Assembly: GCF_009914755.1 (NCBI RefSeq)
Contig: NC_060932.1
DNA: 64,000 nucleotides
Strand: one strand, 5' to 3'
Source of the DNA: the human T2T-CHM13v2.0 reference genome, Homo sapiens
This document shows, in pieces, positions 14,190 through 30,528 of the stretch. Under the pieces are notes generated by a model. That model saw nothing but the letters and a program-made list of their open reading frames with translations. It searched no databases and was not told where the DNA came from. Within the stretch, counting starts at the first letter, position 1, and the number at the start of each line of letters is the position of its first letter. Both the position numbers and the translations under genes were made by a program.

Positions 14190-15041
14190 CAGCACTGTCT
14201 GATGCAAACATAATGTGAACCCCATAACATTATTTTAAATTTGTAGTAGTCTACTTGAAAAGCAAATGCAAAATAGTCAGTTTTATGACATATTTCATTT
14301 AACCCAATATATCCAGATTATCATATCAATATGCATTTGATATAAAATACATAAACATAAAAGTTCTTAATGGAATATTTTGTATTATCTTTTTTGTAAC
14401 AGGTCTATAAAAGACCATACGTATTATACACCTACAGCACATGTTATTTGGATGCTAAAGTTCCCACAATTAAAGATAAAATGTATATATACCACACAAT
14501 AATAGCCATAACATAGAATGAAATAACATTTGCAGCAACCTGGATGAAGTTGGAGGCCATTACCCTAAGTTAAGTAACTCAGGAATGGAAAAGCAAATAC
14601 TGTATATTCTCATTTATAAGTGGGAGCTAAGCAATGAGGATACAAAGGCATGACAATGATATAATGGACTTTGGGGACTCACGGTGAACTGTAGGATGGG
14701 AGCAGGGGACAGAAGACTGCATATTGGGTACCGTGTACACTGCTGGGGTGATGGGTGCACCAAAATCAAGAAAATCAGCTCTAAAGAACATATCTATGTA
14801 ACCCAAAACCACCTATTGCCCCAAAACTATTGAAGCATAAAAAAAGCAAAATGTAGCCCTACCAAAATGATCAGGGTGTGTTTAATGAGACAATATTTTA
14901 CACTACTTATCTTTTTAAAATTTAAATTTGTTTCAATGAACAACAAATAATATTTAAAATGTATTTCCTTAGCAGCAGCAGCCTCATTTTGAATGCTCAG
15001 CAGCCAGGTGGGGTCAGTGGCCACCATGTCAGACAGCACAT
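14190..15041. mobile_element. hAT-Charlie relic (MER33/Charlie5-like), split by an L1 insertion
   Basis: Begins CAGCACTGTCT and ends GCAGCCAGGTGGGGTCAGTGGCCACCATGTCAGACAGCACA (MER33/MER3-type end); internal 'TTTAACCCAATATATCCA'. Confidence 0.6.
14485..14846 (+). mobile_element. L1PB4/L1MA-like 3' end
   Basis: 'GCAGCAACCTGGATGAAGTTGGAGGCCATTACCCTAAGT...ATAAGTGGGAGCTAAG...GGTGATGGGTGCACCAAAATC...CCCAAAACTATTGAA'. Confidence 0.82.
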
Positions 15042-15925
15042 GCTGAAGGCACTGTGCTTTCTGCCTGCCCCTGTGCTGGGTGTTTGTGAAATCTTTTTGT
15101 GTTTCCCAGGGGACTGCTAGAAAACAGCAACAAACGGGGAGGAGAAAAAAACTTAGAATATCTGTAGATAAATGTAAAACCCTCAACTTCCCATATAAAC
15201 CCAAGATGTTACTTAGGTGACATTTTTTTTTCTACCTACTTCTGAAGTAGAAAACCAGATAATTTTTTCCAGAGGGCCTGTATTTTAACTTGGAAAATCC
15301 TGATTTTAGGGAAGGAGTGTCTTCGAAGGTGAGAAAAACAGTTTTTCCTTGCAGTTTAGAAAATTCGTGTCTATAACAGAAAGCATTCTTACGTAACTTA
15401 GAGGTATCTAAGTAAGACTTTGTGAAGGGTGCCTGGTGACACTTCAATTTAAATAACAAACTATGTTAAATTTCATAGGCTAAAGTGTTCATGTAAAAGA
15501 AATGGTAATAGAAATGTTAACACACTGGAATAGAATGACGGTGGCTGAGAGACTACATTAGAAAAATTAAACCTATAACATTTTCTAAAATATATGTAGC
15601 TACCTCTGATTTATATAAAATCTTGCTTGTTGCAGAAATTAACAGCAAAAATTCAACCATTTAAGGATATGCAAATGGCAGAAAAAAGGATATGTGGGGG
15701 ACAGATAAATCCATCTGTTTGGAAGATACAGATTGGCCACATAAAAAGATATTGGTTATATGATCAATTTAAAATGATAAATAGTCAGGCTGGGTGCAGT
15801 GGTTCACACCTGTAATTCCAGCACTTTTAGAGACCAAGGCAGGAGGATTGCTTGAGTTCAGGAGTTTGAGACTAGCCTGGGCAACATACTCAGACTCCAT
15901 CTCTACCAAGAATTATATATAAAAA

Positions 15926-16222
15926 GGCCAGACATGATGGCTTAGGCCTGTAATCTCAGCACTTTGGGAGGCTGAGGCAGGCGGACTGCCTGAGGTCAGG
16001 AGTTCAAGACCAGCCTGGCCAGCATGGTGAAACCCTATCTCTACTAAAAATACAAAAAATTAGCCAGGCGTGGTGGCAGACTCCTGTAATCCCAGCTAAT
16101 CAGGAAGCTGAGGCCGCAGAATTGCTTGAAACCAGGAGGCAGAAGTTGTAGGGAGCTGAAATCGCACCACTGCTCTCCAGCTTGGGAAAGAGAGCAAGGC
16201 TCTGTCTCAAAAATAAAAAAAA

Positions 16223-16223
<1 letters not shown>
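15926..16223 (+). mobile_element. AluS (Sx-like) nested in the AluJ
   Basis: Complete dimer GGCCAGACATGATGG...CCTGAGGTCAGGAGTTCAAGACC...TCTGTCTCAAAAA. Confidence 0.9.
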
Positions 16224-16253
<30 letters not shown>

Positions 16254-16314
16254 TACACACACACGTATGTATGTATATATACATATACACACACATATAT
16301 ACACAAACACACAC
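16224..16314. repeat. (CA)n/(TA)n compound microsatellite
   Basis: Read directly from the sequence. Confidence 0.9.
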
Positions 16315-16879
16315 AAAAAAATTAGTTGACATGGTAGGATGCACCTGTACTCCCAACTATACAGGAGGCTGAGGCAGAAAGGGCTCCCTTGAGACCAAAA
16401 GGTCAAGGCTACAGTGATCCTTGATTGTGCCACTGTACTCAGTCTTGGTGACAGAGTGAGACCCTTACTCTCTCTCTCAATATATATTTTACATTTATTT
16501 TTTATATTTTAGTAATATTGCAATATAACGTATTTTTAGAAAAGGGATGTGGTAAAAGTAGAAAAAAGGGCTCTAACATGCAACACTAGATTAAAATAAG
16601 TTACAGACACAGAACACAACAGTGAGCAGATGAGAAGCAGAAGGAGAATAGACGGGCTTTGCAGGGACAAAACGCTACCAACATGTGTGCAAGATGAACA
16701 TCTTAGATCATCATGTTTTCTACTCTGGAGTACATCATTCTCACATTTTTTAAAAAATGCTGTTATTAATTCTTTTTTAAAACACAAAAAAAGAACCCAA
16801 CTCTTAGACCTCATTGGCTATTCAAGTTAGGCTTTATTTCTTTTCCTTACAATAAAACTCTCCTCTTCCCTTTCATTTT

Positions 16880-18110
16880 CCTTTGAACTAACTTCATTCC
16901 GGCTCTCTGTTGTCTTCAGCCTCCACCACAGTTGCTTTAGACACGGTGACTGATGATATCAGGACTGCTTATCCAACCGCCAGTGCCAGGCCTTGCTCTG
17001 TTTAACCTTGGCCTTTGAGGTACCTGATCATCTCTGCTATCCTCAGGCCGTTCTCCTCATTTTCCTACTATCTTATCAGCCGCTTACTCTTACTCTGTTC
17101 CAGTTGCTGGTTTCTTCTTTTCTTTCTGACCTCTGGATGTTTCTCCCTACCTGTAAGCCTGCTGGCTTAGTCCTTGAACCTCTTTTCTCATCCCTGTAAG
17201 CTCACTGGTGGTGATGCCCAGCTTAATGGTGTAAACACCGTCTCTACGGTTTCAGAATGTTAACATAGTGTACGTCACCAACACGTGTCTGAGCAAAGTC
17301 CAGCAGTGTTCTCAATACTGCACACAGATGTCTGATGGGTGCCTCAATCTTCCTGAGCTCAAAAGGCAACTCCTGATCCTTCCTCTAAAGCTGGTCCCTC
17401 CCATGTGCCTTCTTCCATCTAGATAAATGGCCACTGCGTTTTCCACTTCCTCAGGCCAAAAAACATGAGGCATTGTAAATACTCGTCTTTTTCTCACATC
17501 CCACCTTTAATCTTTCAGCTAGTTTTCTTCAAAATATCCCAAATCTGACTCAATTCTGACCACCTCTACTGCGGCCTTGTCTCCATTTTCTCTCCTCCAG
17601 ATGAAATGGCAGCCTCCAAACTCATGTTACTTTTCTCATATTTTGCTCTTCTCAACACAGGCATTAGAAGAATCTTGTGAAATATGAGAAAAAGTGCATC
17701 AGTCCCTTGCTGCTGCAGGGACGCCATGAGAGCCAACGCCGGAAGAGCACACTCCTGGATGGCTCCCTGCCCTGTGCATGGCTTGCTCCCTACCCCATTC
17801 TCACTTGTGGAGGTTCAAACGCCCCCTTGAGGACTATTCATGGGATGCTTCTTTACCGTTAAACGTATCTTCCTTCCACCAGCAGCACTTTCTGTCTGCC
17901 CTTCCTGAATTATTTCCATAGCATGCGTCATCATTTAGGATACTGTGTAATTTACTTCTGTTTTCTATGAGTACCTGTTTCCACTATTATTATAGAACGT
18001 AACTCAGAAGAGATTTTGGCTTGCGTGTGTGTTTTCCTCCATACTGTATCCTTTGTGCATAGAAGAGTGTTAGAGCCTAAGAGATCGTAAAATCAATAGG
18101 AGATTAAATA
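16880..18110 (+). mobile_element. L2 LINE fragments (3' region)
   Basis: Pyrimidine-rich L2-typical text: 'CTCAAAAGGCAACTCCTGATCCTTCC', 'CTCAGGCCAAAAACATGAGGCATT', 'CTTCAAAATATCCCAAATCTGAC..TTCTGACCACCTCTACTGC'. Confidence 0.65.
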
Positions 18111-20329
18111 ATTATTTGAATACTCAAAACCTCTAGGTAAGGAATTGTGGGTGAGTCAAAGATTAAAAATATGTATCCCTAACCTGTTTTCTCCCTCCAG
18201 GGGCTTCTCTTGTAAAAGTTACCCAAACCTCCTTGTTGATAAGAGTGAAGGACCTTTCACAGTCCACGCGTTTCTCTCTGCAGAACTAGCTGTTATCTCT
18301 TCTCTTTCCCCATCTCTCTTTCTCTTTTTGAATTACCCCCTTGCCTTGGGTAGAGTCTATGAATTTAAGCATTTGCGTCTCAATGATATAAAAAGTAACA
18401 AATTCTGTCTCATTTCATGCAGTTCAGTATATTCGGATAATTTATGAAAAATTGAATTCAAGAGCCACCTGTGAAAAGCATATTCATGTATACCTTGAAT
18501 TTAAAATGTTCAAATACTTCCCCTTTTTCCTAATCTATAGGTGCCTCTACTTCCTTCTGACTGTAATGAGATTAATGAAATGTTATTAAGTAGAGGTAAA
18601 GTCTATAGTCGGAGTATTGGAATATGGAACATGGACAATGGATGAAAACCTTAGCAGTACACTTTCAAATTCTGTTTCTACAAACATGAATTCTGGGTGG
18701 AAAACATTTGTTTTATTACATTCACTTAAGAGAAGTAGAATAAGTTGGAGGAGCTAGAACTCTGACAAAAGTAAACTGATATAGCTAGCATGTGGATTTT
18801 TTTTTTTCTAAATTAATACTGTTTAGAAAAAGGTAGCTAAGGGACATAGAATTTCAAATGGTTCTGTTTGGGGATTACCTATGTATTCATCATGATCTTC
18901 TCTCATTTATAACATAAGCATGAATTCCTGTAACATTTTTACTCCTTTCCACCCTGCAAAGTGCATTCAAATCACTTTTCCCATTCACTTATTCCAATGC
19001 CTGTACAAGCTGTGTTACGCAAATGTCATTATCCCAGGGCTGCAGTTGACGAACTGAGACTGTAAGTTCACACCTTCAGCATGGGATAATGGCCTTCCAT
19101 ATGCAGAATGCACCGATCTCTCCATCCTCATCTGTCAGTGTTCCCCTCCACGGTGCTTACCAGAGTCCAGCTGTACTACCTGCCCTTCAGCACACAAAGG
19201 TGAGGTTTCCATGCTCCTGCTTAGTGCCCATGCTGTTAGTTTCCTCTGGATCAAATATCCATCACCATCACAGACCTGTGTGAAACCTACCCGCAAAGGT
19301 CCAGCTCAACCGTTCACTTGTCCATGCAGTTTTCCTAACTCATTCATTCACCTGGCATTTATTGTAAGCAACCCTACGCCAGGCTGTTTTCCAGGTGTAG
19401 GGATTACAGTTGTGGAAACAACTCCTTACCTTCCTTGAATTTTCTCTACAATTTCTTATGGTATTTATTATGAATATTTGACCCTATTAATTACTTTGTA
19501 ATACAATCAATTTATGCATGACTTATTGGCTCTCCTGAACTAAGAAATACATAAGAACAGATGCATATGTGATCAATCTTTGTACTCTACAGTTTCTTTA
19601 GTTGACACTTAACAAATGTACAATAACTACTGGATATGGAGTGATACGTTGCCAAATACTACACAATTCCTTAGGGGACGGTCCCACTAGATTTCACTAA
19701 GCCAAATCCCAAACTTGCCTGTTTTTTTCCCAATGCAGATAAACTGGTAGAATATTTAGAACAAAGTTAATTTGCTTATTCTGATATTTATGTGCCAAGC
19801 TTCTGAAATTTTCATCTTTTTATTTTATTCTTTTTTATTTCTTGGCTCACAATCCAATTTACTTGAGTAACTTCATTCATTAGACAAATCATCTAAATCC
19901 CAGTTTAATAAAAAATGCCCATTATGTGTGATTCTCTCATTACTTACATCAAATACTTGAATGCAATTGTCTGCATGTTTTTACATAAATTATGTTTCTC
20001 GCAATACTCTAGATTTTGTGTTCTTTCTTGCATAATGTAATAATCAGCATCCTTCATTTGAATATCACGGTTTAATACCACCAAAGCAGCACATAATATT
20101 TTCAAATAAAAGGAAACACAATGCACGATGCTTAAAGTATCTCTTTCTCAGGGGAAGGCGTATCACGGAGAGTTTATCATGCGGATCATTTCAGTAGGTG
20201 CATGACTACCTAAAATTTGAAAAGATGGACCTAAGAGAAGTGTTTGTGCCTTTTAATGAGAAAAACTCTACGCCATCTAAAATAAAACACTGGACCAAGA
20301 GAATAGGGTCAAGTCTGCATTGTACAAAT

Positions 20330-20510
20330 CAATGTCTGGAATCCTCTTTTTTTCCTCTTGCAATGCAGTAACCACTGAGCAGGTGTGGCTACCGAGATAT
20401 GACTAGTGTCATTGAGAAAATAAAGTTTAAATTGGATTACCTATAATTAAATCAAATCCAAATCTAAATAGCCAGTGGGTCTCATGGCTCCCGCGTTACA
20501 CAGCATAGTC
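20330..20510. mobile_element. MER3-like hAT MITE relic
   Basis: 'AGTAACCACTGAGCAGGTGTGGCTACCGAG..TGACTAGTGTCATTGAGAAAATAAAGTTTAAATT...AAATAGCCA...CAGCATAG'. Confidence 0.55.
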
Positions 20511-20679
20511 TAGGTTTCCCAGGTGTTGTGTTACAACAGACACTATCTTATTCACATGACAATTAAAAAAAAAAACTGAAGGATCAACAATATTCTCTAA
20601 CTATTTCTGCTTTGCTTGCAGTGGAAAGTGAGGCTCCACAAATCCAGAACTGTATATATGGTAAGGAACATCTAACTAA

Positions 20680-21150
20680 GCTCATGGAACCCACCCTCCT
20701 GGTATTTATGAACTCCTGCTGTCCTCCCTTAAATATGGGCTGGACCAGGTGTTTCACACATATTCATTAGAATATTGCAAAAGTGACAGGATATCACTTG
20801 ACATTAGGTTGTAAAAAGACTGTGGCTTCCACCTCTTTCTTGGATCCCTTACCCACAGAGAAGCCTATCCCATGTCTTTAGGCAGCCCCTGGATATGTCC
20901 ATATGGAAGGGACTGAGGGCTGTCCACAGCCGTGTGCGTAGGCATAAAAGGGAGCCCAGCCCATTCCAGGAGTTGAGTCTGAGTCCCAGCAACAAGTTAA
21001 CAGCAACTTATAGAAAAACCTTGAGGGCTGAGGCAGGCAGCTAAACCATGCTCAGATTCCTGACCCACAGAAACCTTGACATAATAAATGCTTGGTATTT
21101 TAGCCCCTAATATTGCAAGAAATTTCCTGCCCAGCAATAAATAACTTCCA
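20680..21150 (+). mobile_element. MaLR solo LTR, MLT1F-like
   Basis: 'CCCACCCTCCTGGTATTTATG', 'AAAAAGACTGTGGCTTCC', 'CAGATTCCTGACCCACAGAAAC...ATAATAAATG...CAGCAATAAATAACT'. Confidence 0.75.
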
Positions 21151-21214
21151 TCTTAATTTCAGGGAAAGGTTGTATGAACCACACGGAGGAAGTAACTATA
21201 CAGTGCAACAAGTA

Positions 21215-21411
21215 TAGGGTTGCTAGATTGATTATAATAGCGCATAAAAATACAGGATGCTCAATTAAAAGTGAATTTCAGATAAACGACCAATAACTCT
21301 TTAATGCAAGCTTGTCTCACGCAACATTTGGAATGTAATAAAATTTTAAAAATGTTCTTTGTCTGAGTTCCAAATTGAAGTGGGAAATTTGTGCTGTATA
21401 TGGCAAACCTA
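21215..21411. mobile_element. MER53 palindromic DNA transposon
   Basis: Termini TAGGGTTGCTAGA / TGGCAAACCTA; internal 'ATAAAAATACAGGATGCTCAATTAAAAGTGAATTTCAGATAAAC'. Confidence 0.8.
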
Positions 21412-21879
21412 ACCAGATATTCAGTATGTGGTGATGCTGAACAGAAGATGAGACAGAGGCATAAAGAGAAGTTTGCATTTAACGTGGTGACTACAGAGGT
21501 AAAGGTGACCAGGGGACGTTACTGAAGCACAGAAGAAGAGATAGTAAGTTGGATCTAGAGACACAGGTAAGTGCTCTCGGTAGATGGGGATAAACACCAT
21601 CCTCTTGTGGTTTACAAGAAAGGAGAAAGATAAAATTATCAAATGATGTAACAATATGATTCGCTGGGTTTAAAAGTTATTAGATACATAGCTTTGTGGA
21701 AGTTCGGAAACACTGAATGCCACTTTTCAGACCCAAAACTGTGATAACTTTAGTAGGAAAATTTCTGAATTACTCAAATAATTCAGCAATCAATGAGAAA
21801 ATTTTTTGTCATTAATAAAAAACTTATTTTCAATATTAAAAGTAACTCATTCTATGACTCAAAAGTTAGTGGTGAGGTG

Positions 21880-22170
21880 GGCTTGAGGAACAATCTGATC
21901 AGGCTTCTCAGTTCTTCCCTACTTCTTGGGAAGTCTCTTCTCTCCGGGTTTGAAGTGGCAGCTGAAGTTCTGGGCTCAGTACACATGGCTCAGGGTATGA
22001 ACTAGCTTCTTCCCTCAGCCTTGAAACAAAAACAAAAAACTTTCTCCTGACTGGAAGCAAAGGATATGTGACCATGCCTGGATCAATCACCATGGCCAAG
22101 GGAATGCCCTGAGTTCATTGGTTTAGGCCTGGGCCACCTACCCGCTTATGATCCAATCAACATCAGGGAG
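21880..22170 (-). mobile_element. Old MaLR LTR fragment (MLT1J/K-like)
   Basis: 'GGATCAATCACCATGGCCAAGGGAATG...ATTGGTTTAGGCCTGGGCCAC...CCAATCA'. Confidence 0.5.
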
Positions 22171-22781
22171 ACTCACAGAGTGGAGGGTAGGGCAAGCCTG
22201 GAAAGGGAGGGTCACCCACCAAAGGCTCGTGGCTGCCCCTAGAGGAGAATGTTAAACTACTGAGGAAAACCCAGAGCCTCAGCAGCTATGTGAGGACACC
22301 GTCTTGAAAGCAAAGTGCTAAAAAGGAAATGAATCTTCAGCAAGAATAGAGGCTAAGTATTTCATCATTTTTACAGGTCATCCACTACATGACCTAGGTA
22401 TTATTCCCGTTTTACAGATTAAAGTGCAGTCTCTGAGAGAGCAAGTCATTTGCGCAAGGCCTAATTCCTTTAAATTAAGAGAAATTGCACTTCACCGTGT
22501 ATGTAATCTCCTGACAATGGTTTTTCTATTGTTTAAATAATAGGTTTGGAAGGTTATTAAATCTTTGAGAAACTATGGGTAGATATAATAAATGACCCCC
22601 ATGTCCACCCACCTCTCAAAAGAGATGTTTTTATAAATACTGCATGCACTCTGGCTGGGATACACAATGTCTGAAGCCTCTTTTATAATAATTAAAACAA
22701 ACTCTAAGACCTGGGAATGTAGGAATTATAGGAAACAGACCCATGCTAACATGCTCAAAGAAAAAAGGTGTGTAGAACACT

Positions 22782-23360
22782 GAAGAGAGAGGAAGAGGGA
22801 TGTGAGGAAGAGGGATGTGAGGAAGAGGGATGTGAGGAAGAGGGATGTGAGGGGGATGTGAGGGGGATGTGAGGGGGAGGGGAGGGGGAGGGGAGGGGAG
22901 GGGGAGGGGGGGAGGGGAGGGGAGGGGGAGAGGAGGGGGAGGGGGGAGGGGAGGGGAGGGGGAGAGGAGGGGGAGGGGAGAGGGAGAGGAGGGGGAGGGG
23001 AGGGGAGGGGAGGGGGAGAGGAGGGGGAGAGGAGGGGGAGGGGAGGGGGAGGGGGAGAGGACGGGGAGGGGAGGGGGGGGAGGGGAGGGGGAGGGGAGGG
23101 GGAGGGGAGGGGGAGGGGAGGGGGAGGGGAGGGGGAGGGGAGGGGGAGGGGAGGGGAGGGGAGGGGAGGGGGAGGGGAGGGGAGGGGGAGGGGGAGGGGA
23201 GGGGGAGGGGGAGGGGGAGGGGGAGGGGGAGGGGGAGGGGGGGGGAGGGGGGGGAGGGGGAGGGGGAGGGGGAGGGGAGGGGGAGGGGGAGGGGAGGGGA
23301 GGGGAGGGGAGGGGGAGGGGAGGGGGAGGGGGAGGGGGAGGGGGAGGGGAGGGGGAGAGA
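22782..23360 (+). repeat. G-rich polypurine compound repeat: (GAGGAAGAGGGATGT)x4, (GAGGGGGATGT)x2, then ~490 bp of (GGGGA/GGGGGA/GGGA)n
   Basis: Read directly; 22871-23360 contains a single pyrimidine (C at 23062). Confidence 0.97.
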
Positions 23361-24504
23361 CAGACCAACACAGATTGTGAGAGATTCAGATTAGTTTGTG
23401 TGCCAGAGAAATTACACCTTCCCCTCAAAATTTCAGATAAAATATTGACGTTAATGTACACTAGACATCTCAGCCACACTCTGACATCTTTGCAGATCTG
23501 ATGTCAACTCCTTAATTTAATATTGAAGTCTTTAAAATTAGTATTGATGGCTCTTTGAGATACTTGCTGAATTGGAATCTCTTATCTCACTCTTTTCCAC
23601 TTTAAGTATATTACATTCCTTTCTAAGTGAACCCTGGGCATCTTTCACTGACTTTTACTTTGCACTTTCATAGACAAATGTCTGCCAAGAATAATAATAT
23701 CTGAGGAATAGTGTAAGACCTCGACCATCAAGAAAGATCATTGTTGAAAAGTGATTTTTAATTACTTCTTACTGGGGAAAATTGAGCTCAAGTCACTAAG
23801 GTGATCTCACAATGTCAACCAATTAAATGAAACCATTTATATTTAATTATCTCTGCTGATGGGTCATATCCTTAGGACAGTGAATCTTCCATTGTTTAGG
23901 TTAAAGTTATCTTCGTCACTTTTTTCTAAATACTTTTTAACAGTGTTGGGCTCTAGTCTGATCTTCTCTCTTACCTGCGCTATACTTTTATTGTTCAACG
24001 GAATATGTTTAAGTAATTGACATCTTTATTTTATGATAGCAAAAGCATCCAAAATTGTAAATATATTTTCTTAAAACATTACACAAAGACAACTGATAGA
24101 AGCCCAATGGATAAATGTAGACATGATAAAACCAGCCCTTAGATTTTTTGAAAGGTATATTAGGAGAGTAAATATACAATGATCACGCAATTATCACAGC
24201 ATCATTTGTGATGGCAAAAACTTGAAGTCAGAACTATCTAAAGGTAAAGAAACTACATATACATAATGTCCTCACAGAAGGGAGAATTTTATTGTCCAAG
24301 AGAATGTTGCCTAGAAAAATAATGGTGAAATATTAAGTTAAAAAGATATAAAGTCATGAATACTATGATGATCATGGCAATACAACAGCATATATAAAAG
24401 TATGCAGAGTGAAAGTAACTGGAAAGAAATAACCAAAATGTTACCAAGCGAGTAATGGGGTCCAGTTGATTTCTAGTCCTAATTACCACTTTTCTGTGTG
24501 GTCA

Positions 24505-24770
24505 CTGTGCAGGTGCTGTCGACATTGGTGGCATGGGGCAGCTGGGCTTCTCTCATTGTATTCTCTGTCCTTGAGAGGCTAGCCCAGGCTTCTCGCCATA
24601 GCCATTTCAGGGTTCCCAAGAAGCAGGAGCAGAAAAGTGTGACTTAGATGTGGAACCCTTGCAGAATCACTCCTGCTACCTTCTTGTAGACAGAAAGTCT
24701 CAAGGGCAGTCCACATTTATAGGGGTGGAAAAGAGACTCTATGTCTTGATCAGAAGCCCTGCAGAACCAC
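24505..24770 (-). mobile_element. MaLR (MLT1) LTR fragment
   Basis: 'GAGGCTAGCCCAGGCTTCTC', 'AAAGTCTCAAGGGCAGTCCACATTTATAGGGGTGGAAAAGAGACTCTATGTCTTGAT'. Confidence 0.55.
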
Positions 24771-25195
24771 ATCCACCCTGTTGGATGTGGCTCTGTAGGC
24801 TATATAGCTTATGTACGTTCTTATATACATTTGGTAGATTAGACTGCAAAAAATGACAACAAAATTCTATAGCAAGTGTCCATCTTATCTATATTGTTTG
24901 CTGACGTCAACCTTTTAAATTGAAAATAAATTAGTCTGACAACAATTTACACTCTTAAGCCTCTTATTCTCATTTTTCCCTTTTCTCTTATTTACCATGA
25001 TTTTTACCTTGGAAGCTTTCCTTTCCTTTTTGATTATTTTCTCATCCTGGCACCTTCTAACCTCCTCACTCACTACTGGTTCTATACCTTCACTGTGACA
25101 TATCAATCACCATTCTGATCCCTACTAATATACCCCATTTTGGCAGTAGAAGTACCCTCTAGTAGAAAGGACATAGGAGTAGGAAATTCTAATCC

Positions 25196-29217
<4,022 letters not shown>

Positions 29218-29812
29218 AAGAAGTTCTAATCCTGCCCTGCCAGCACTGGCCATATGAAAGGCAAGGTAGCTCACTGGTTGTCATGGAACTCACCTTAGAA
29301 AAATGGAAACATGGCACTAACTGTTAGAAGTCCTTCTTATCTAACATTGTGTTAATCTAATATCTGTATGTCTTTGGTACGAGAGTTCACAAATCCAACC
29401 AACCAAAATAACAACAATTATGATATTTAAAAGCTCATGATACTAAATTCTGAACTTGTAATTACTGTGCATTGGTATATTTATTTCTAAATTTTCAAGG
29501 TGTCAAAATTGCCCCACTCTATTAATTAAGCCAGGGATGATGCTGTGATAATGGCTTACCATTTCCGTACCCACTATTATGGAATAAAAGCAAAAAAGTC
29601 CAGCTGAAAAATAATGCAAAAAACTAAAGAGTCTCCAAATATGAAAATAGGACAACAGACCTATTGAACATTCCAACACATGATTGACCAGCCAATTCCA
29701 AGTGCTGCGAAACAGCCATCTATTTTGGTGTATTTGCTTTAAAAGTAAATGAGAAAGCATTGAATAAATAGACATCCCATATAGCACCGATGATTTAAAT
29801 TTGGTATTTATT

Positions 29813-29854
29813 ATCTATAGGCATACCACCCTGAACGTGCCCAATCTCATCTGA
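29813..29854 (+). pseudogene. 5S rRNA 5' fragment (nt 1-42), tailless retropseudogene
   Basis: ATCTATAGGCATACCACCCTGAACGTGCCCAATCTCATCTGA is 35/42 identical to human 5S nt 1-42, and 5 of the 7 changes are CpG decay. Flanked by AATTTG(G/A)TATTTATT at 29798-29812 and 29854-29868. Confidence 0.9.
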
Positions 29855-29975
29855 ATTTGATATTTATTGTAAAACAATAATGATTTATGACATATATATC
29901 CATGCTAAAAGAAATGCAATGGTACAGTTTCTCATTTATTTATTTATTTTTTTTTTGAATGCTTAAACTATAAGG

Positions 29976-30177
29976 CAGGGTTCTCCAATCTTTTGGCTTC
30001 CCTGGGCAACATTGGAAAAAGAACTGTCTTGGGTCACACAGAAAATACACTAACACTAACGATAACTGATGAGCTTTAAAAAAATCACCAGAAAACCTTA
30101 CAATATTTTAAGAAAGTTTATGAATTTGTGTTTGGCCACATGCAAAGCCTTACTGGGCCACAGGATGGAAAAGCTTG
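29976..30177 (+). mobile_element. MER30 hAT MITE
   Basis: CAGGG..TCCAATCTTTTGGCTTCCCTGGG...AAAATACACTAACACTAACGATA...AAGCTTG; perfect 8 bp TSD CTATAAGG at 29968-29975 and 30178-30185. Confidence 0.92.
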
Positions 30178-30528
30178 CTATAAGGCTTAAAATTCATTTA
30201 TATTTACATTCCATTGCCTGTAAGAAAAGTTATAGATGATCAGAATAATATTGACTCAATTCATTTATACTTTTTTCAATATAATCTCCCCTCAGAAATT
30301 CTAAACATAAAATAAACAACAATTCTTATCTTGTCATTGAAATATTACGTATTAACGATTTAGGTGACTAATTGACTATGCAGCAAATGCAAATGTAATA
30401 TACATTCGTACAAATAAAATGATAAATTCTCCTTTAGCCTAGTTGATTATAACATGATTTCACAGTGATAACCACAAAGGCAGGACAAGTACTTAGTATT
30501 TTGCTAGGTGATTCTGTTTGTCTGTGAC

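Larger units (their letters stand above)
15788..16468 (+). mobile_element. AluJ split in its A-rich linker by a younger Alu (left arm 15788-15925, right arm ~16315-16468)
   Basis: Left monomer with J features; right monomer 'GGTCAAGGCTACAGTGA...GAGTGAGACCCT'. Confidence 0.82.

Noticed and set aside
22871-23360. Possible SVA hexamer head
   Set aside because: Units are GGGGA/GGGGGA rather than AGAGGG (CCCTCT), and no Alu-like, VNTR or SINE-R segment adjoins.
22631-23501. 282 aa Pro/Ser-rich (minus) and 210 aa Gly/Glu/Arg-rich (plus) ORFs resembling extensin, formin or RGG proteins
   Set aside because: Both are translations of the G/A simple repeat, which cannot contain stop codons; there is no sign of a real gene.
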